A DNA stretch of 50,316 nucleotides from a virus. Taxonomy: Duplodnaviria > Caudoviricetes. The number at the start of each line of letters is the position of its first letter. Position 1 is the first letter of the stretch. A program made the position numbers and the translations under genes. The DNA lies in IMG/VR virus record IMGVR_UViG_3300049220_000010, positions 1-50,316 of that record. One strand, given 5' to 3'. Below the pieces are notes generated by a model. That model did no database searches, was not told the DNA's origin, and saw only the letters and a list, made by a program, of their open reading frames with translations. Shown piece by piece: positions 15,141 through 25,052 of this stretch.

Positions 15141-16892
15141 ATGAAACAAAAACAAGTTAAAATCATTGGACTTTCGATTAACGAAAAGTTCGGGAGTTTA
15201 AAAGCTGTTAATTTAGGGTTTGATCCTGAAAACAAACTTACTATTATTAAAGGTGAAGTTGGTGCAGGAAAAACAACTTTACAAAAGGCTTTAAAACTTA
15301 CAACTCAAGGGTCACAAACATTATTGGATAAAACTCTCTTAGGAGACAATATTGATATTGTTGCACAGCTTCTAGATGGAGACACAAAAGTTTTCGTCGC
15401 CTGTAAAAGTAATTCAAGCGGTGGTTTAGATTACTTTATTTACACAACTGACGAAGACGGGAAAAAGATTAATAATCCTGTTATTGATGGCAAAAAAGCA
15501 ACTCCAGCAGGTTATTTAAAAACACTTCAAACAGCTTTAACATGGAGGTTAAATGAATTAACCAGTGAAAACCCAACTACACAACGAGAAATTTCGTTGG
15601 AAATGTATAAGGAAGAACTGGAGAAGAAAGGCGTTTATCTCAACAAGTCGCATCCTAAATACGTTGACAGTATTTTGGACAAAATCGAGAAAGCAAAAGA
15701 TAAAAGGAACTATTTAGACATGAAGCGTAAAGAAGTCGGCGGTATTGCTGACGATATGCAGAAAAAGTCTATTGATTTTTCTGGACGTCGGGAAGTTAAA
15801 GATTTAACCGAAATAAACAAGCAAATAGCTGAAAAATCGGCAGAAATTACTTTGGCGGCTACGAATGTTAAACAATCAAGAGATAACAAGCTTTTGAGCA
15901 TTAAAAACAAAGGTTTAGAGCTTGCTGCCAAATTAAAAGCACAAAACGAAGCTATTCAATCCCACAACCGCAAAGAAAGCAACAAAGAAACGGTTTATAA
16001 ACAAAGCATAAGCGTTTATAACAATGCAGTAAAACAAGCGAGAGAACAGCTTAATCCTATTTTAAAAGAAGACTTTGAAGAATACTTTTGGGACGATTTT
16101 ATCAGCGACCAAACATTAGAGCCTCAAAAACCAGTTCTTAATCTTAAAAAAGAGCTAGAGTTTAATGAAAAAGGAACCTGCATTTCAAAGGTGGAAGATT
16201 TTGAAGAAGAAGAAATAAAGCAACTTTTAACAGAATATAAGCAGGTTGCAGTTGATTACCAAACTTTATTCAATACTCCTATCGACGAAGTAGATACTTC
16301 CAATGAAAAAGCAGAGCTTGAAAAATTAGAGGCGAAAAAACAACGTTATGTTGAATTTAATGCAGATGCTCAAGCAGTAAACTCTTTTTTAGACTGGAAG
16401 GAACAAAACGAAATAGTTAAAGAAATGAAGAAAAATTACTTCATGAAATTAACTGAAATCGATACTGGTGTTGAAGGTCTTTATATTTGCCCCGAATACG
16501 AAATAGTCAACGATGAAAAAATTGCCAAAGAAAACGACATTTACTTGATGTATGATGGTAGTTATGATCCTGAATATTTTTGCAATCCAAATAAAGAACT
16601 TAGAAAATTAGCTTCTTATTCTGATACGCAAAAACCAATGATTTGTCTATTAATTCAAAGGTACTTATTGAGCAAAAAAGAAAAAGCTTTGCCATACTTA
16701 TGGATTGATCAGGTTCCAATTGACAATAAAACGAAATTATTGCTTGATAGAATGTCTAACGAATTAGGGCTTTGGCTCTTCGTTAATTGGACAGGTGACT
16801 TTGACTACGATAGTCTAAAAGATGGAGAAGTTTTGATTGAAAACGGTGAAGTATTTGGCAAACCAGTAATTACAGAAAATGAAGATAATTAA
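15141..16892 (+). CDS. SMC/Rad50-like ATPase with central coiled coil
   Basis: GEVGAGKTT Walker A; long coiled coil; YSDTQ signature-like and LWID Walker B-like motifs. Confidence 0.8.
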   Translation: MKQKQVKIIGLSINEKFGSLKAVNLGFDPENKLTIIKGEVGAGKTTLQKALKLTTQGSQTLLDKTLLGDNIDIVAQLLDGDTKVFVACKSNSSGGLDYFIYTTDEDGKKINNPVIDGKKATPAGYLKTLQTALTWRLNELTSENPTTQREISLEMYKEELEKKGVYLNKSHPKYVDSILDKIEKAKDKRNYLDMKRKEVGGIADDMQKKSIDFSGRREVKDLTEINKQIAEKSAEITLAATNVKQSRDNKLLSIKNKGLELAAKLKAQNEAIQSHNRKESNKETVYKQSISVYNNAVKQAREQLNPILKEDFEEYFWDDFISDQTLEPQKPVLNLKKELEFNEKGTCISKVEDFEEEEIKQLLTEYKQVAVDYQTLFNTPIDEVDTSNEKAELEKLEAKKQRYVEFNADAQAVNSFLDWKEQNEIVKEMKKNYFMKLTEIDTGVEGLYICPEYEIVNDEKIAKENDIYLMYDGSYDPEYFCNPNKELRKLASYSDTQKPMICLLIQRYLLSKKEKALPYLWIDQVPIDNKTKLLLDRMSNELGLWLFVNWTGDFDYDSLKDGEVLIENGEVFGKPVITENEDN

Positions 16893-17484
16893 CGGACACA
16901 ATATGGAAATTAAGCATTGGAAAGAAGTTGTCTCCAACGATTCAATGCGACCAGTAATGACAGGAGTTTACTTTGACTTAATTAATCATTGTATGGTAGG
17001 AACAAATTCACATTTGCTTTTAGAATGTCCAATTGATATAGAATTTACAGAAGAAGAAAAGATAATGCAAAAAGACAAACTCGCTGAACTAATGCAACAA
17101 CAATCAAAAATTGTTCCAATTGAGTTTTTTGATAAAAGAAAATACATGGGTAATTGGAAAGATTACTGGAATCCAGAAATTACTTATGATTTAAGTGACG
17201 ATAATTATGCTCATGTTTTAAATAACGGAGAAGTTGTTTTCAGGTGCAGGTATATTGATGGTAAATTTCCAAATTATAAAGCAGTTTATCCTAAAGGGCA
17301 GACAGCGATTGATTCAATAGGCATTGACATTAGCATGGCTCAAAGAGTCTACAAAGCCATTCCTTTTCCAAATCCATATAAAGCACTTCATTTCAAATTC
17401 TTTGCAAAAAATAGAGGTATAGTTTTCCATAATACAACAGAAAAAAGATTTAAGGGAATAATAATGCCAAATATAGGAGATTGA
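16879..17484 (+). CDS. Short DNA polymerase III beta-clamp-like protein
   Basis: VSNDSMRPVMTGVYF, VGTNSHLL, RYIDGKFPNYKAVYP and terminal GIIMP, as in DnaN domains II-III. Confidence 0.75.
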   Translation: MKIINGHNMEIKHWKEVVSNDSMRPVMTGVYFDLINHCMVGTNSHLLLECPIDIEFTEEEKIMQKDKLAELMQQQSKIVPIEFFDKRKYMGNWKDYWNPEITYDLSDDNYAHVLNNGEVVFRCRYIDGKFPNYKAVYPKGQTAIDSIGIDISMAQRVYKAIPFPNPYKALHFKFFAKNRGIVFHNTTEKRFKGIIMPNIGD

Positions 17485-17485
17485 T

Positions 17486-19108
17486 ATGGCAGGAATAGAA
17501 TTATGGGATTATCAAAACACGCTGGTAAATTTAATCCGAAAAGAAATAGCAAAAAAGAACCTACACATTCTTTCGCAATTACCAACAGGAGGAGGAAAGA
17601 CGGTAATTTTTTCCTATATGGCAATTTCGGCATCTCTAAAAGGGAACAACACTTTAATTCTAACAGACCGCGAAGAACTACTTACTCAGGCAGGAGGAAC
17701 CATTAAAAAGTTCGATGTCAATTGTGCATACATAAAAGCAGGAGCAAAATACTACGACCAAAGGAAAAATATTTTCATTGGTATGTCTCAAACCTTAAGG
17801 AATAGAATTACAGACCCTTATTGGATTAATTTTATCACAAATGAAATTGATATAATAATTATTGATGAAGCACACATACAAGAATTTAACTACCTCTTTG
17901 AATCTGGATTACTGAAAGAAAAATTAGTTCTTGGTTTTACTGCGACACCAATTAGAACAGGAAATCAACGGCAATTAGGACTTGATTACGATGTTTTAAT
18001 TCGAGGAGCTGAGCCAAAAGATTTAATTAAGTTAGGAAAATTATTAAATTGCGACTTATACGAGGCTGATTCACCCGATATGACTGGTGTAAAAATAAAC
18101 CAGTCAAGCGGCGATTATAATGAAGGCTCTATGTTTGAGCGTTTTGACAAACCAACAACGTATCAAGGATTAATTCGTAATTATAAACAAATTGCAGAAG
18201 GAAAAAGAATGCTCGTGTACTGCTGTAATGTTGAACATGCCATAAAAACAACTGTACAGCTCGTTGAAGCTGGTTATAGAGCAAAATTTGTATGCAGTGA
18301 ACCAAGCCAACCAAAGGAAAAAGAAACAATGACTTCGGCAGAAAAAGCTGTACATGATGAAAAATTAAGGCGTTACAATTTTTTTGTTAAGAACTACATG
18401 GAGCATTCAGGACCAAGAAAAGATTTAGTTGCAAAATTTAAAGCAAAAGAATTTGACATATTGGTAAATGTAGATATGCTAACAAAAGGTTTTGACGAAA
18501 GTTCAGTTGAAGTTGTTGCAGTTCTTAGAGCTACTTTGTCGCTCGCTTTATGGCTTCAAATGCTTGGAAGGGGTTCGAGAATAGACGACTCTATTGGAAA
18601 AACTCATTTCATTGCATTAGATTTTGGCGGCAATAAAAAACGGCTTGGAGGTTACGACGATAACAGGAATTGGAGTCTTTGGCATGAAACACGTAAAGGC
18701 GGAGGAGTTGCACCTGTAAAAGAATGTGGACACACGTCCACAGGCAGATCAATTAGACCGTCAAATGAAATTAAAATAGGTTGCAGACGGTTGATATTAG
18801 CTTCTTATCAAATTTGCCCTTTTTGTGGGTTTAAATATCCGGAAAAGTCGGAAGAAAAAGAAGTTGACCTTTCATTGTCAAAACTTGTAACAGAACAGGG
18901 GATTGTGATTAACACCAAGTCACCCTCAAAAATGGATTGGGAGGAGCTTACTCAATACAGAGCAGCAAAAGGGCATAAACAGCCGTGGCTATGGCGACAA
19001 CTATGGACCAGAGGAAAAGATATAGAGCTCTCCAACTATGCTGCTAAATATCATTGGAGTAAGCCCGTCCTAGAAAAAGCGATTAACTATTGTAAAAATA
19101 ATCTATAA
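17486..19108 (+). CDS. SF2 DEAH-box helicase with C-terminal Zn ribbon
   Basis: LPTGGGKT, DEAH, TATP, QMLGRGSR and CPFCG motifs. Confidence 0.95.
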   Translation: MAGIELWDYQNTLVNLIRKEIAKKNLHILSQLPTGGGKTVIFSYMAISASLKGNNTLILTDREELLTQAGGTIKKFDVNCAYIKAGAKYYDQRKNIFIGMSQTLRNRITDPYWINFITNEIDIIIIDEAHIQEFNYLFESGLLKEKLVLGFTATPIRTGNQRQLGLDYDVLIRGAEPKDLIKLGKLLNCDLYEADSPDMTGVKINQSSGDYNEGSMFERFDKPTTYQGLIRNYKQIAEGKRMLVYCCNVEHAIKTTVQLVEAGYRAKFVCSEPSQPKEKETMTSAEKAVHDEKLRRYNFFVKNYMEHSGPRKDLVAKFKAKEFDILVNVDMLTKGFDESSVEVVAVLRATLSLALWLQMLGRGSRIDDSIGKTHFIALDFGGNKKRLGGYDDNRNWSLWHETRKGGGVAPVKECGHTSTGRSIRPSNEIKIGCRRLILASYQICPFCGFKYPEKSEEKEVDLSLSKLVTEQGIVINTKSPSKMDWEELTQYRAAKGHKQPWLWRQLWTRGKDIELSNYAAKYHWSKPVLEKAINYCKNNL

Positions 19109-19632
19109 TGAGCAAACAAAACGAAGAAATAAAACTCGTTTATCAATTTAAATCACGAGAAGAATGGGTTCAAGCAATGCAATTTGAACCGAACCCTAAT
19201 TGGGTAAAAACGCGTGAGTTAGGAAGTGGTAAAAAATCAACTTATATACCGCTTCCAATTCAACAGGCATTGGCAGATAAATTTTATCGAGAATGGGACG
19301 TAGTGCAAGAAGAATATCAACTTATAACAAATGAAATTCTTTGTACGGTAACAATTGAATATTTACCCGATTATCCATTTTCCGAACATCGAAAAATGAC
19401 TGGTTCTGCATCTAAACCAATTCAGCAAAATCAAGGAACTGCTGCATCTTTATATCCGGACGGCAAAAAAACAAACGCCCTTGAATATAATGGACCAGCC
19501 GCTCGAGCTTCTGCTATTTCAAATGCATTTACAACAACTGCGAATATCTTTGGTAGAAATTTAAGCCGAGATATTAAATCTAACTTCTCGTTTATAACAG
19601 AAAAAGAAAAAGAAAATGGAAGTAAAGAGTAA
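19108..19632 (+). CDS. Rad52/Sak-like single-strand annealing protein
   Basis: YIPLP..W..CTVTI..GSAS..AISNA..FGRNL pattern; adjacent to exonuclease and SSB. Confidence 0.65.
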   Translation: MSKQNEEIKLVYQFKSREEWVQAMQFEPNPNWVKTRELGSGKKSTYIPLPIQQALADKFYREWDVVQEEYQLITNEILCTVTIEYLPDYPFSEHRKMTGSASKPIQQNQGTAASLYPDGKKTNALEYNGPAARASAISNAFTTTANIFGRNLSRDIKSNFSFITEKEKENGSKE

Positions 19633-20725
19633 TGAAATAAAATATTCTGATATTGAATTAAATATTCAGATTGCAGACGACGAAGATATTCAGCATGTTG
19701 AAGAAGCTTTACAAAGAACAGAGACATGGCAAGAAGAAAGACGAGGTAATTGGACCGCTTCGCAATTCAAAAATATGATGGCTTCGGATAATGCAGGCGG
19801 AAAATTAGATTGGTTTGACAAAGAAAAAGTTTTTCGTTTCAGCGAAGGTGCAATTAAATATATCTACGCTAATGCAATGGAGAGAAAAACTGGAAGATAT
19901 ATTGTTTCTGACTCTACAAAAGAAATGAAATACGGAACCAAAATCGAGCCTTTAATTCATAGGCGTTTTGAAGAATATTTAAAAAACAAAGGTCTTAGAT
20001 TAAGACAAGTCGGATTTAAAACTTTCGACAACATTCCGACCGCTGGAGTTAGTTCCGATGCAATTGTTGAAACTTTGCAAAATGAAATTGTTGCATCAGC
20101 AGAATATAAAGCATGTTCGAGTTGGACTACTCTTTTTGAACGTACATACGAATCAATGGACGAAAAAGGAAAGGATTTTTGGCAAACTCAAGGTCAAATG
20201 GAAGCTTGGAATGTAAGTTCAAATTACTATGTAGTAATTAGCCCACCAAAAGATATAAACGCTTATCTTTATAGCGATAATGTAATGGAGCTTTACGATC
20301 AATGGACTAACGAAACCGAAATGGAAGTTCAAATTGTTAAAAAAAGTCCAATTCATTGCAAGGCTTTAATCAAAAGAATACAAATATGTGAATCGGTTGT
20401 TGATAGATTTTTAAGCGAGGAAACCAATTTAACAATTAGAGACATTTTGTTTGAAGAGATTGATTACTTCAAAGGTTACTGGGAGACAGATACGGATGAT
20501 TTATTGGCTTTAAAAAAGAGCCTTGATTCTGGTGAGTTGCCGCCTGTTAAAGAAAATATTTTCGCGAGAAAAAACAGAGAATTAAGAGAGCAAAAAGAGT
20601 CTGCGGAAAAAGAAGACCCAACCAAACTATTCAATATACCGGAGACAGTTCCGGAACCAATAGAAGAAATTATTCCCGTAAAAAAAGGCGTTACGGAAAT
20701 AGACATGGACAATTTGCCTTTTTAA
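19616..20725 (+). CDS. YqaJ/lambda-exonuclease-like recombination nuclease
   Basis: WQEERRGNWTASQ, MKYGTKIEP, VSSDAIV..EYKA and QTQGQM motifs. Confidence 0.85.
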   Translation: MEVKSNEIKYSDIELNIQIADDEDIQHVEEALQRTETWQEERRGNWTASQFKNMMASDNAGGKLDWFDKEKVFRFSEGAIKYIYANAMERKTGRYIVSDSTKEMKYGTKIEPLIHRRFEEYLKNKGLRLRQVGFKTFDNIPTAGVSSDAIVETLQNEIVASAEYKACSSWTTLFERTYESMDEKGKDFWQTQGQMEAWNVSSNYYVVISPPKDINAYLYSDNVMELYDQWTNETEMEVQIVKKSPIHCKALIKRIQICESVVDRFLSEETNLTIRDILFEEIDYFKGYWETDTDDLLALKKSLDSGELPPVKENIFARKNRELREQKESAEKEDPTKLFNIPETVPEPIEEIIPVKKGVTEIDMDNLPF

Positions 20726-20746
20726 TCAAAACAAATAATTTATATT

Positions 20747-21151
20747 ATGGCTAAAAAAACATTCTCAGGTAGCATTGCATTGACAGCAATGAAATTCGTA
20801 AAAATGCGAGGAAAAGGACAAAACGGTCCAGTTGATGGAATTTTTATTCCAATCGAAGCAAACAAATTAGTAGTAGGTAAAGAAAAAGACGGTGTTACTC
20901 CTGTCTATATGCCAATCCGTTTTCAATACAACTCCGAAGCCGATACTTATGGTCAAAATGGTTTTGTGGCAAAATCTGTTTCTTCAGACGAGTATAAAGC
21001 AGCAGACACGGACGCGAAAAAAGAAGCTTTAAAAGAGTTTCAGCCAATCCTTGGAAATCTTAAAGAATTCACGAGCGATGGTACTGCAAACGATGCAGCC
21101 GGAGCCGCTTCTACTGAAACATATACACCTGACGACGATTTACCGTTCTAA
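20747..21151 (+). CDS. Single-stranded DNA-binding protein
   Basis: GIFIPIEAN..PILGN core and C-terminal DDDLPF tail. Confidence 0.75.
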   Translation: MAKKTFSGSIALTAMKFVKMRGKGQNGPVDGIFIPIEANKLVVGKEKDGVTPVYMPIRFQYNSEADTYGQNGFVAKSVSSDEYKAADTDAKKEALKEFQPILGNLKEFTSDGTANDAAGAASTETYTPDDDLPF

Positions 21152-21588
21152 TGGAAAATAAACTACAAAGTGATATCGTGCTTGAATTTTCAGCACGGTA
21201 TCCTCTTTTAAGGGGTCAATTTTTCCACGTTCCAAACCAAAGAAATCACCAATTACAGGCGATGCAAGCTCGTTCACTTGGTATATTTCCAGGAGTTGCC
21301 GATTTGCTATATTTCAAAGAATATGTAGTGCATGGATTTACTGTGGAAAACGTGTGTAAGTTAATAGCCTTAGAAGTAAAAGAATCAGGCAGTACTCATA
21401 AATTAGATCACGTTCGTCAGCAATACGAATGGGGCGAGATATTAGAACGAGCCGGAGGAAAATACGTGATTGTTATGTCTGTTGAGCAGGCAATGGAGGC
21501 GGTAAATGACAATTTTACAAATTGCATGTCGCTTAAAGATTTGAAAATTAAAATCGATAATTGTAAATCTAAAACTATAAAATTTTGA
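21151..21588 (+). CDS. VRR-NUC nuclease
   Basis: ENKLQ..FHVPN..GIFPGVADL..ALEVK..Q motifs. Confidence 0.85.
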   Translation: MENKLQSDIVLEFSARYPLLRGQFFHVPNQRNHQLQAMQARSLGIFPGVADLLYFKEYVVHGFTVENVCKLIALEVKESGSTHKLDHVRQQYEWGEILERAGGKYVIVMSVEQAMEAVNDNFTNCMSLKDLKIKIDNCKSKTIKF

Positions 21589-22055
21589 CAGCAGAAAATT
21601 TACAGAAAGCAGAAATTTCTGAACAAATAATAAAAGATTATTTTCGATCTTTAAATTATATTGTCTATGGAATAGAACCAGTTGACAAAGGAAAAAGGCA
21701 TTTCTTTGATTTTGTTTGTACATTAAACAAAGAAGATATAATTTATGTTGATGTTAAATTTAAACAAAATTCAATTTTTAAGAAAAAGGTTTTCGGAGAA
21801 TTACACGGAATAAATGTAACTTCTTTTGAAGAATATCAACAATGCAAGAAAATAAGCAGTTGTAAGTTTTTCTTGATTTTTGTTGAACTTTTATCAAAGA
21901 CAGTATATTTTCAAGAAATAGACAAGTTGCAAAATCCTGTTTACACAGATAATAATAAAATTATTTGCTGGAAAGTTTCTGAAATGAAAATACTTTTCCA
22001 TTTAGACGACAACCATATTGAAAGACTAAAAAACCCCAACAATGTTGAGGTTTAA
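21585..22055 (+). CDS. PD-(D/E)XK-like nuclease
   Basis: E..FDF..YVDVK pattern; TTG start coupled to the previous gene. Confidence 0.55.
   Translation: MTAENLQKAEISEQIIKDYFRSLNYIVYGIEPVDKGKRHFFDFVCTLNKEDIIYVDVKFKQNSIFKKKVFGELHGINVTSFEEYQQCKKISSCKFFLIFVELLSKTVYFQEIDKLQNPVYTDNNKIICWKVSEMKILFHLDDNHIERLKNPNNVEV
22028..22053 (-). terminator. Intrinsic terminator for the minus strand
   Basis: Minus-strand AAACCTCAAC-ATT-GTTGGGGTTT followed by more U; the G-U pair works only on the minus strand. Confidence 0.75.
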
Positions 22056-22118
22056 ATCAATAAAAATTTTGAACATTTAAAAAAAGTAAAAATGTCACTC
22101 TTGGGTATTGCAAATATA
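22028..22118 (-). ncRNA. Candidate ~80-nt small RNA with its own -7 element and terminator
   Basis: TATATTTG at 22118-22111 points into a gene-free stretch that ends at the terminator. Confidence 0.45.
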
Positions 22119-22129
22119 AAACAATATTT

Positions 22130-22633
22130 TTACTCAGTATAAGATTTCATTATTTTTATATTATCGGTCTTAATATTTTCTATATTCAGGCTTAAAGTAT
22201 CGGGAGTGTATGCTCCTCCAGCAGTAGAAATTCCAGAAGCTATTTTTGGGAGCTCTGTATTGATAAAGAGTTGTAAGTCTTGCAACTCTTTTTTCATTTT
22301 AGAAAATTGGACTAAATTATCGTCATTTCCTCCAAACTCAATAGACCTGTCTTTTCTTAACCAAATATAAGTTGCAAGCGTTCCGTCAGGCATTAAAGAA
22401 TAAAGCCTACATTCTCCTATATCTGCAAGTCTTTGCGTTTGAATATAACCAATGCACACGGGTTCCGCTCCGTTACTTGTTTCTGCGAAAATAGCATCTA
22501 ATTCCGGAGTTGGGTTTCCGTCAAAACCAAATGGAGAGCATTCGTCTGCTGTTTTTGCCCCGAATTGGAACACTTTTAAAATTCTATATGCTCCTTCTTT
22601 AAATGTTGATTTTACTTTACTTAATGTGATCAT
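22130..22633 (-). CDS. Baseplate spike/assembly protein (Mu gp45-like)
   Basis: PFGF..P..GECRLY motif; follows the hub gene. Confidence 0.65.
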   Translation of the reverse strand: MITLSKVKSTFKEGAYRILKVFQFGAKTADECSPFGFDGNPTPELDAIFAETSNGAEPVCIGYIQTQRLADIGECRLYSLMPDGTLATYIWLRKDRSIEFGGNDDNLVQFSKMKKELQDLQLFINTELPKIASGISTAGGAYTPDTLSLNIENIKTDNIKIMKSYTE

Positions 22634-23754
22634 GCGAAAATATCTTTAGGGGTTTCTCCGTTGAATGCTTCAGGCAGAACAGCAGCAATGGACATTTCTC
22701 TGCCACTCGGACTCTCCGATTTATTTATGGACATAATCATTAAATTTACAGGTCTTGCAAGATATGTTTCTTCGTCTTCAACTTGTATAATATTGCCGGG
22801 CTTTAAGTCCAGCCAAGAATTTAATTTAATGTCAACTTTTATATTTTTTAACTCGTCTGCAAATTGATTTTTAGAAGCTTGTTTGGTGTCAAAATCTTCG
22901 CCTTCGCTTAATACTTTAACAGCAGGTCGAAAAGACATAACCAAAGGATTTTCGTGTGTATCAAAATATTGTGGTTTTTCTTTCGGTTTTTTCTTTTTTG
23001 GTGGTTTTGGATTATCTGGATCATCAGGCTGTTTTAAATCTAATGGATAACCTAACGCATCTTCTCCCGCTTCCGCATCCTTTTTCTTCTTCTTTTCTTT
23101 TTTTGCTTTCGGCTGTCTTAAACTTGTAATTTCGCTATGTAAGCTTTGTCCTGATATATTAAAATTAATTGTTACAGTGTTCTCTGTATTGAAAACGTGC
23201 AGAGGTTTTTGTTTTGTGTTTGGTCTGAACAATACTATTCTGCCATATTCGTCATGCGAAAGAATTAAGTTTCTTTGCGAAGCTAGTTTTGATATATATT
23301 CTTTTATTTCGTCTTCGGGTGCAGCCGCTGATTTACTATAATTTTTTGAAGCTTCGTTTTCAATATCTTTACTAACAATAAGTTGAAGATTGAAAGGTTT
23401 AATTACTTGACGAATAATTTCCTGTAAATTCATATTATTATGCTCCAAAGGATATGCAGAACGTGGAATATTACAATCTTCCAATACACCCGCTAAAGAA
23501 TAACCTGACATTTGAACAAGGTTTGCTTTGCTGTCTGATGTAAATCCATGATCTACAATAATGCCAGTAAAAAACAATTTTTCATTATCGTCAAAAAACT
23601 CTACTTTAAAAAAACTTAGAGGGCGAAATAAAGGTCTTTGTTCTTTGTCGAACCTGCAAGCAAAACTGAACGTTGAAGCCAAAGAGTCCAAAGATTGTTC
23701 GTATGCAAAATCAGTAAAATCGACGTAGTAACTACCTGCTAGTTTTATTTTCAT
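22630..23754 (-). CDS. Baseplate hub protein (Mu gpP-like)
   Basis: SLDSLASTFSF..FTGII..SGYSLAGVLEDC..DEYGRIVL motifs. Confidence 0.75.
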   Translation of the reverse strand: MKIKLAGSYYVDFTDFAYEQSLDSLASTFSFACRFDKEQRPLFRPLSFFKVEFFDDNEKLFFTGIIVDHGFTSDSKANLVQMSGYSLAGVLEDCNIPRSAYPLEHNNMNLQEIIRQVIKPFNLQLIVSKDIENEASKNYSKSAAAPEDEIKEYISKLASQRNLILSHDEYGRIVLFRPNTKQKPLHVFNTENTVTINFNISGQSLHSEITSLRQPKAKKEKKKKKDAEAGEDALGYPLDLKQPDDPDNPKPPKKKKPKEKPQYFDTHENPLVMSFRPAVKVLSEGEDFDTKQASKNQFADELKNIKVDIKLNSWLDLKPGNIIQVEDEETYLARPVNLMIMSINKSESPSGREMSIAAVLPEAFNGETPKDIFA

Positions 23755-25052
23755 TACTCTAAGTATTTAATTACAGTTCCTTTTTTCACACCAAAAATTC
23801 TATCATTAACAATATTGTTTAGTTTTCTAAATTTTTCAATGTTTTTATCTTCTTCGTCTAATCCAAAATATTTATGAGTTAGAATAATTAAATTAGTGTC
23901 TTTTTCTATTTCAATACTTCTTTCTTGTTTTGAATTAAAGGCTATATCATAAAGATTATAAAGCGTTTTATTTATTATGGCACTAAGCCCCGAATGCACA
24001 TTATAATCCAAAGAAAAAGCATTAATAAGGTCTTCAATTGGACTTTGCATTTGGTCCATTGTTACAACATAATCGTTATATAATTCATTTACGCTTTCAC
24101 TTGCTTTTTCTACATCTTTTCTTGAAATATAATCTTCTTCGTTTGGTTCCAATGCAATTTGACAAACTGCAGAAACAATAGACGATCCAATAGATTCAAA
24201 AAATGATTTATTATTACGATTTTGCTTGGTAAATAAATCTTCTTTTACAGACTTATATATGTCGTACATTACAGCTATTTTTTGAACAACGGATATTTCT
24301 GTTTCGAATTTTTTATCCAAACCAAAGAAATCAACCACCCCAACTATTACATCTTCAAAAGTATCAGGTTTGTAATCTGCCGAAAAACTAACAAGTTCAT
24401 TAATTTGTTTCATTCCGTTATAAGCGTCGTCAAGAATTTTTGTTGTCGCAGATTTAGCTTTGCCATATCTGCTTCTAAATTCTTCTTTATTAGCATCGTT
24501 TAAGATTGGACTGCTTTGAATATTAATATGGTCAATTTGACCTTGCATTCTGCTTTGATCAATTGGTGCTAATTTCACATTGCTTGCGAAAGAAACAGAA
24601 GAATCTTCAATTAATTGTTTTCTGTCTGCTGCAATATCGTCTTGAATAGAATTGCTTTTTTTTGGCACTCCTGTTAATATGGTTTCCCAAAATTCAACAG
24701 TTATTTCCGTATTGTTATACGTATTGTCGGCACGAGCTAAAGACAGGGGTTGACCTGTAATTGTTCCATACAAAGGATGTTCAACAGTCCAATAGCGTGG
24801 GTCAGAAGCAGATTTTTCAAATTGGTCACATAGGTCTAAATAATCGTCACCTTGAAAATATAAAACAAGATTATATTTCGCTGATTTTGGCTTTCTCCTA
24901 TCAATGTATGTTCCCTCTTTGTTTATAAATTCAAAAGATGAATAATTATATTCTTTTTCTTTATTCGCATTTTTCCATAAAGGAGTGTATTCTTTACCGT
25001 CTCCAGTTTGAATTTTAAATTTCGAATTATTTAATTTGTCAATCCAACTCAT
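23754..25052 (-). CDS. DNA circularisation/tail protein (Mu gpN-like)
   Basis: MSWIDKL..FQGDDY..HPLYG N-terminus. Confidence 0.75.
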   Translation of the reverse strand: MSWIDKLNNSKFKIQTGDGKEYTPLWKNANKEKEYNYSSFEFINKEGTYIDRRKPKSAKYNLVLYFQGDDYLDLCDQFEKSASDPRYWTVEHPLYGTITGQPLSLARADNTYNNTEITVEFWETILTGVPKKSNSIQDDIAADRKQLIEDSSVSFASNVKLAPIDQSRMQGQIDHINIQSSPILNDANKEEFRSRYGKAKSATTKILDDAYNGMKQINELVSFSADYKPDTFEDVIVGVVDFFGLDKKFETEISVVQKIAVMYDIYKSVKEDLFTKQNRNNKSFFESIGSSIVSAVCQIALEPNEEDYISRKDVEKASESVNELYNDYVVTMDQMQSPIEDLINAFSLDYNVHSGLSAIINKTLYNLYDIAFNSKQERSIEIEKDTNLIILTHKYFGLDEEDKNIEKFRKLNNIVNDRIFGVKKGTVIKYLE

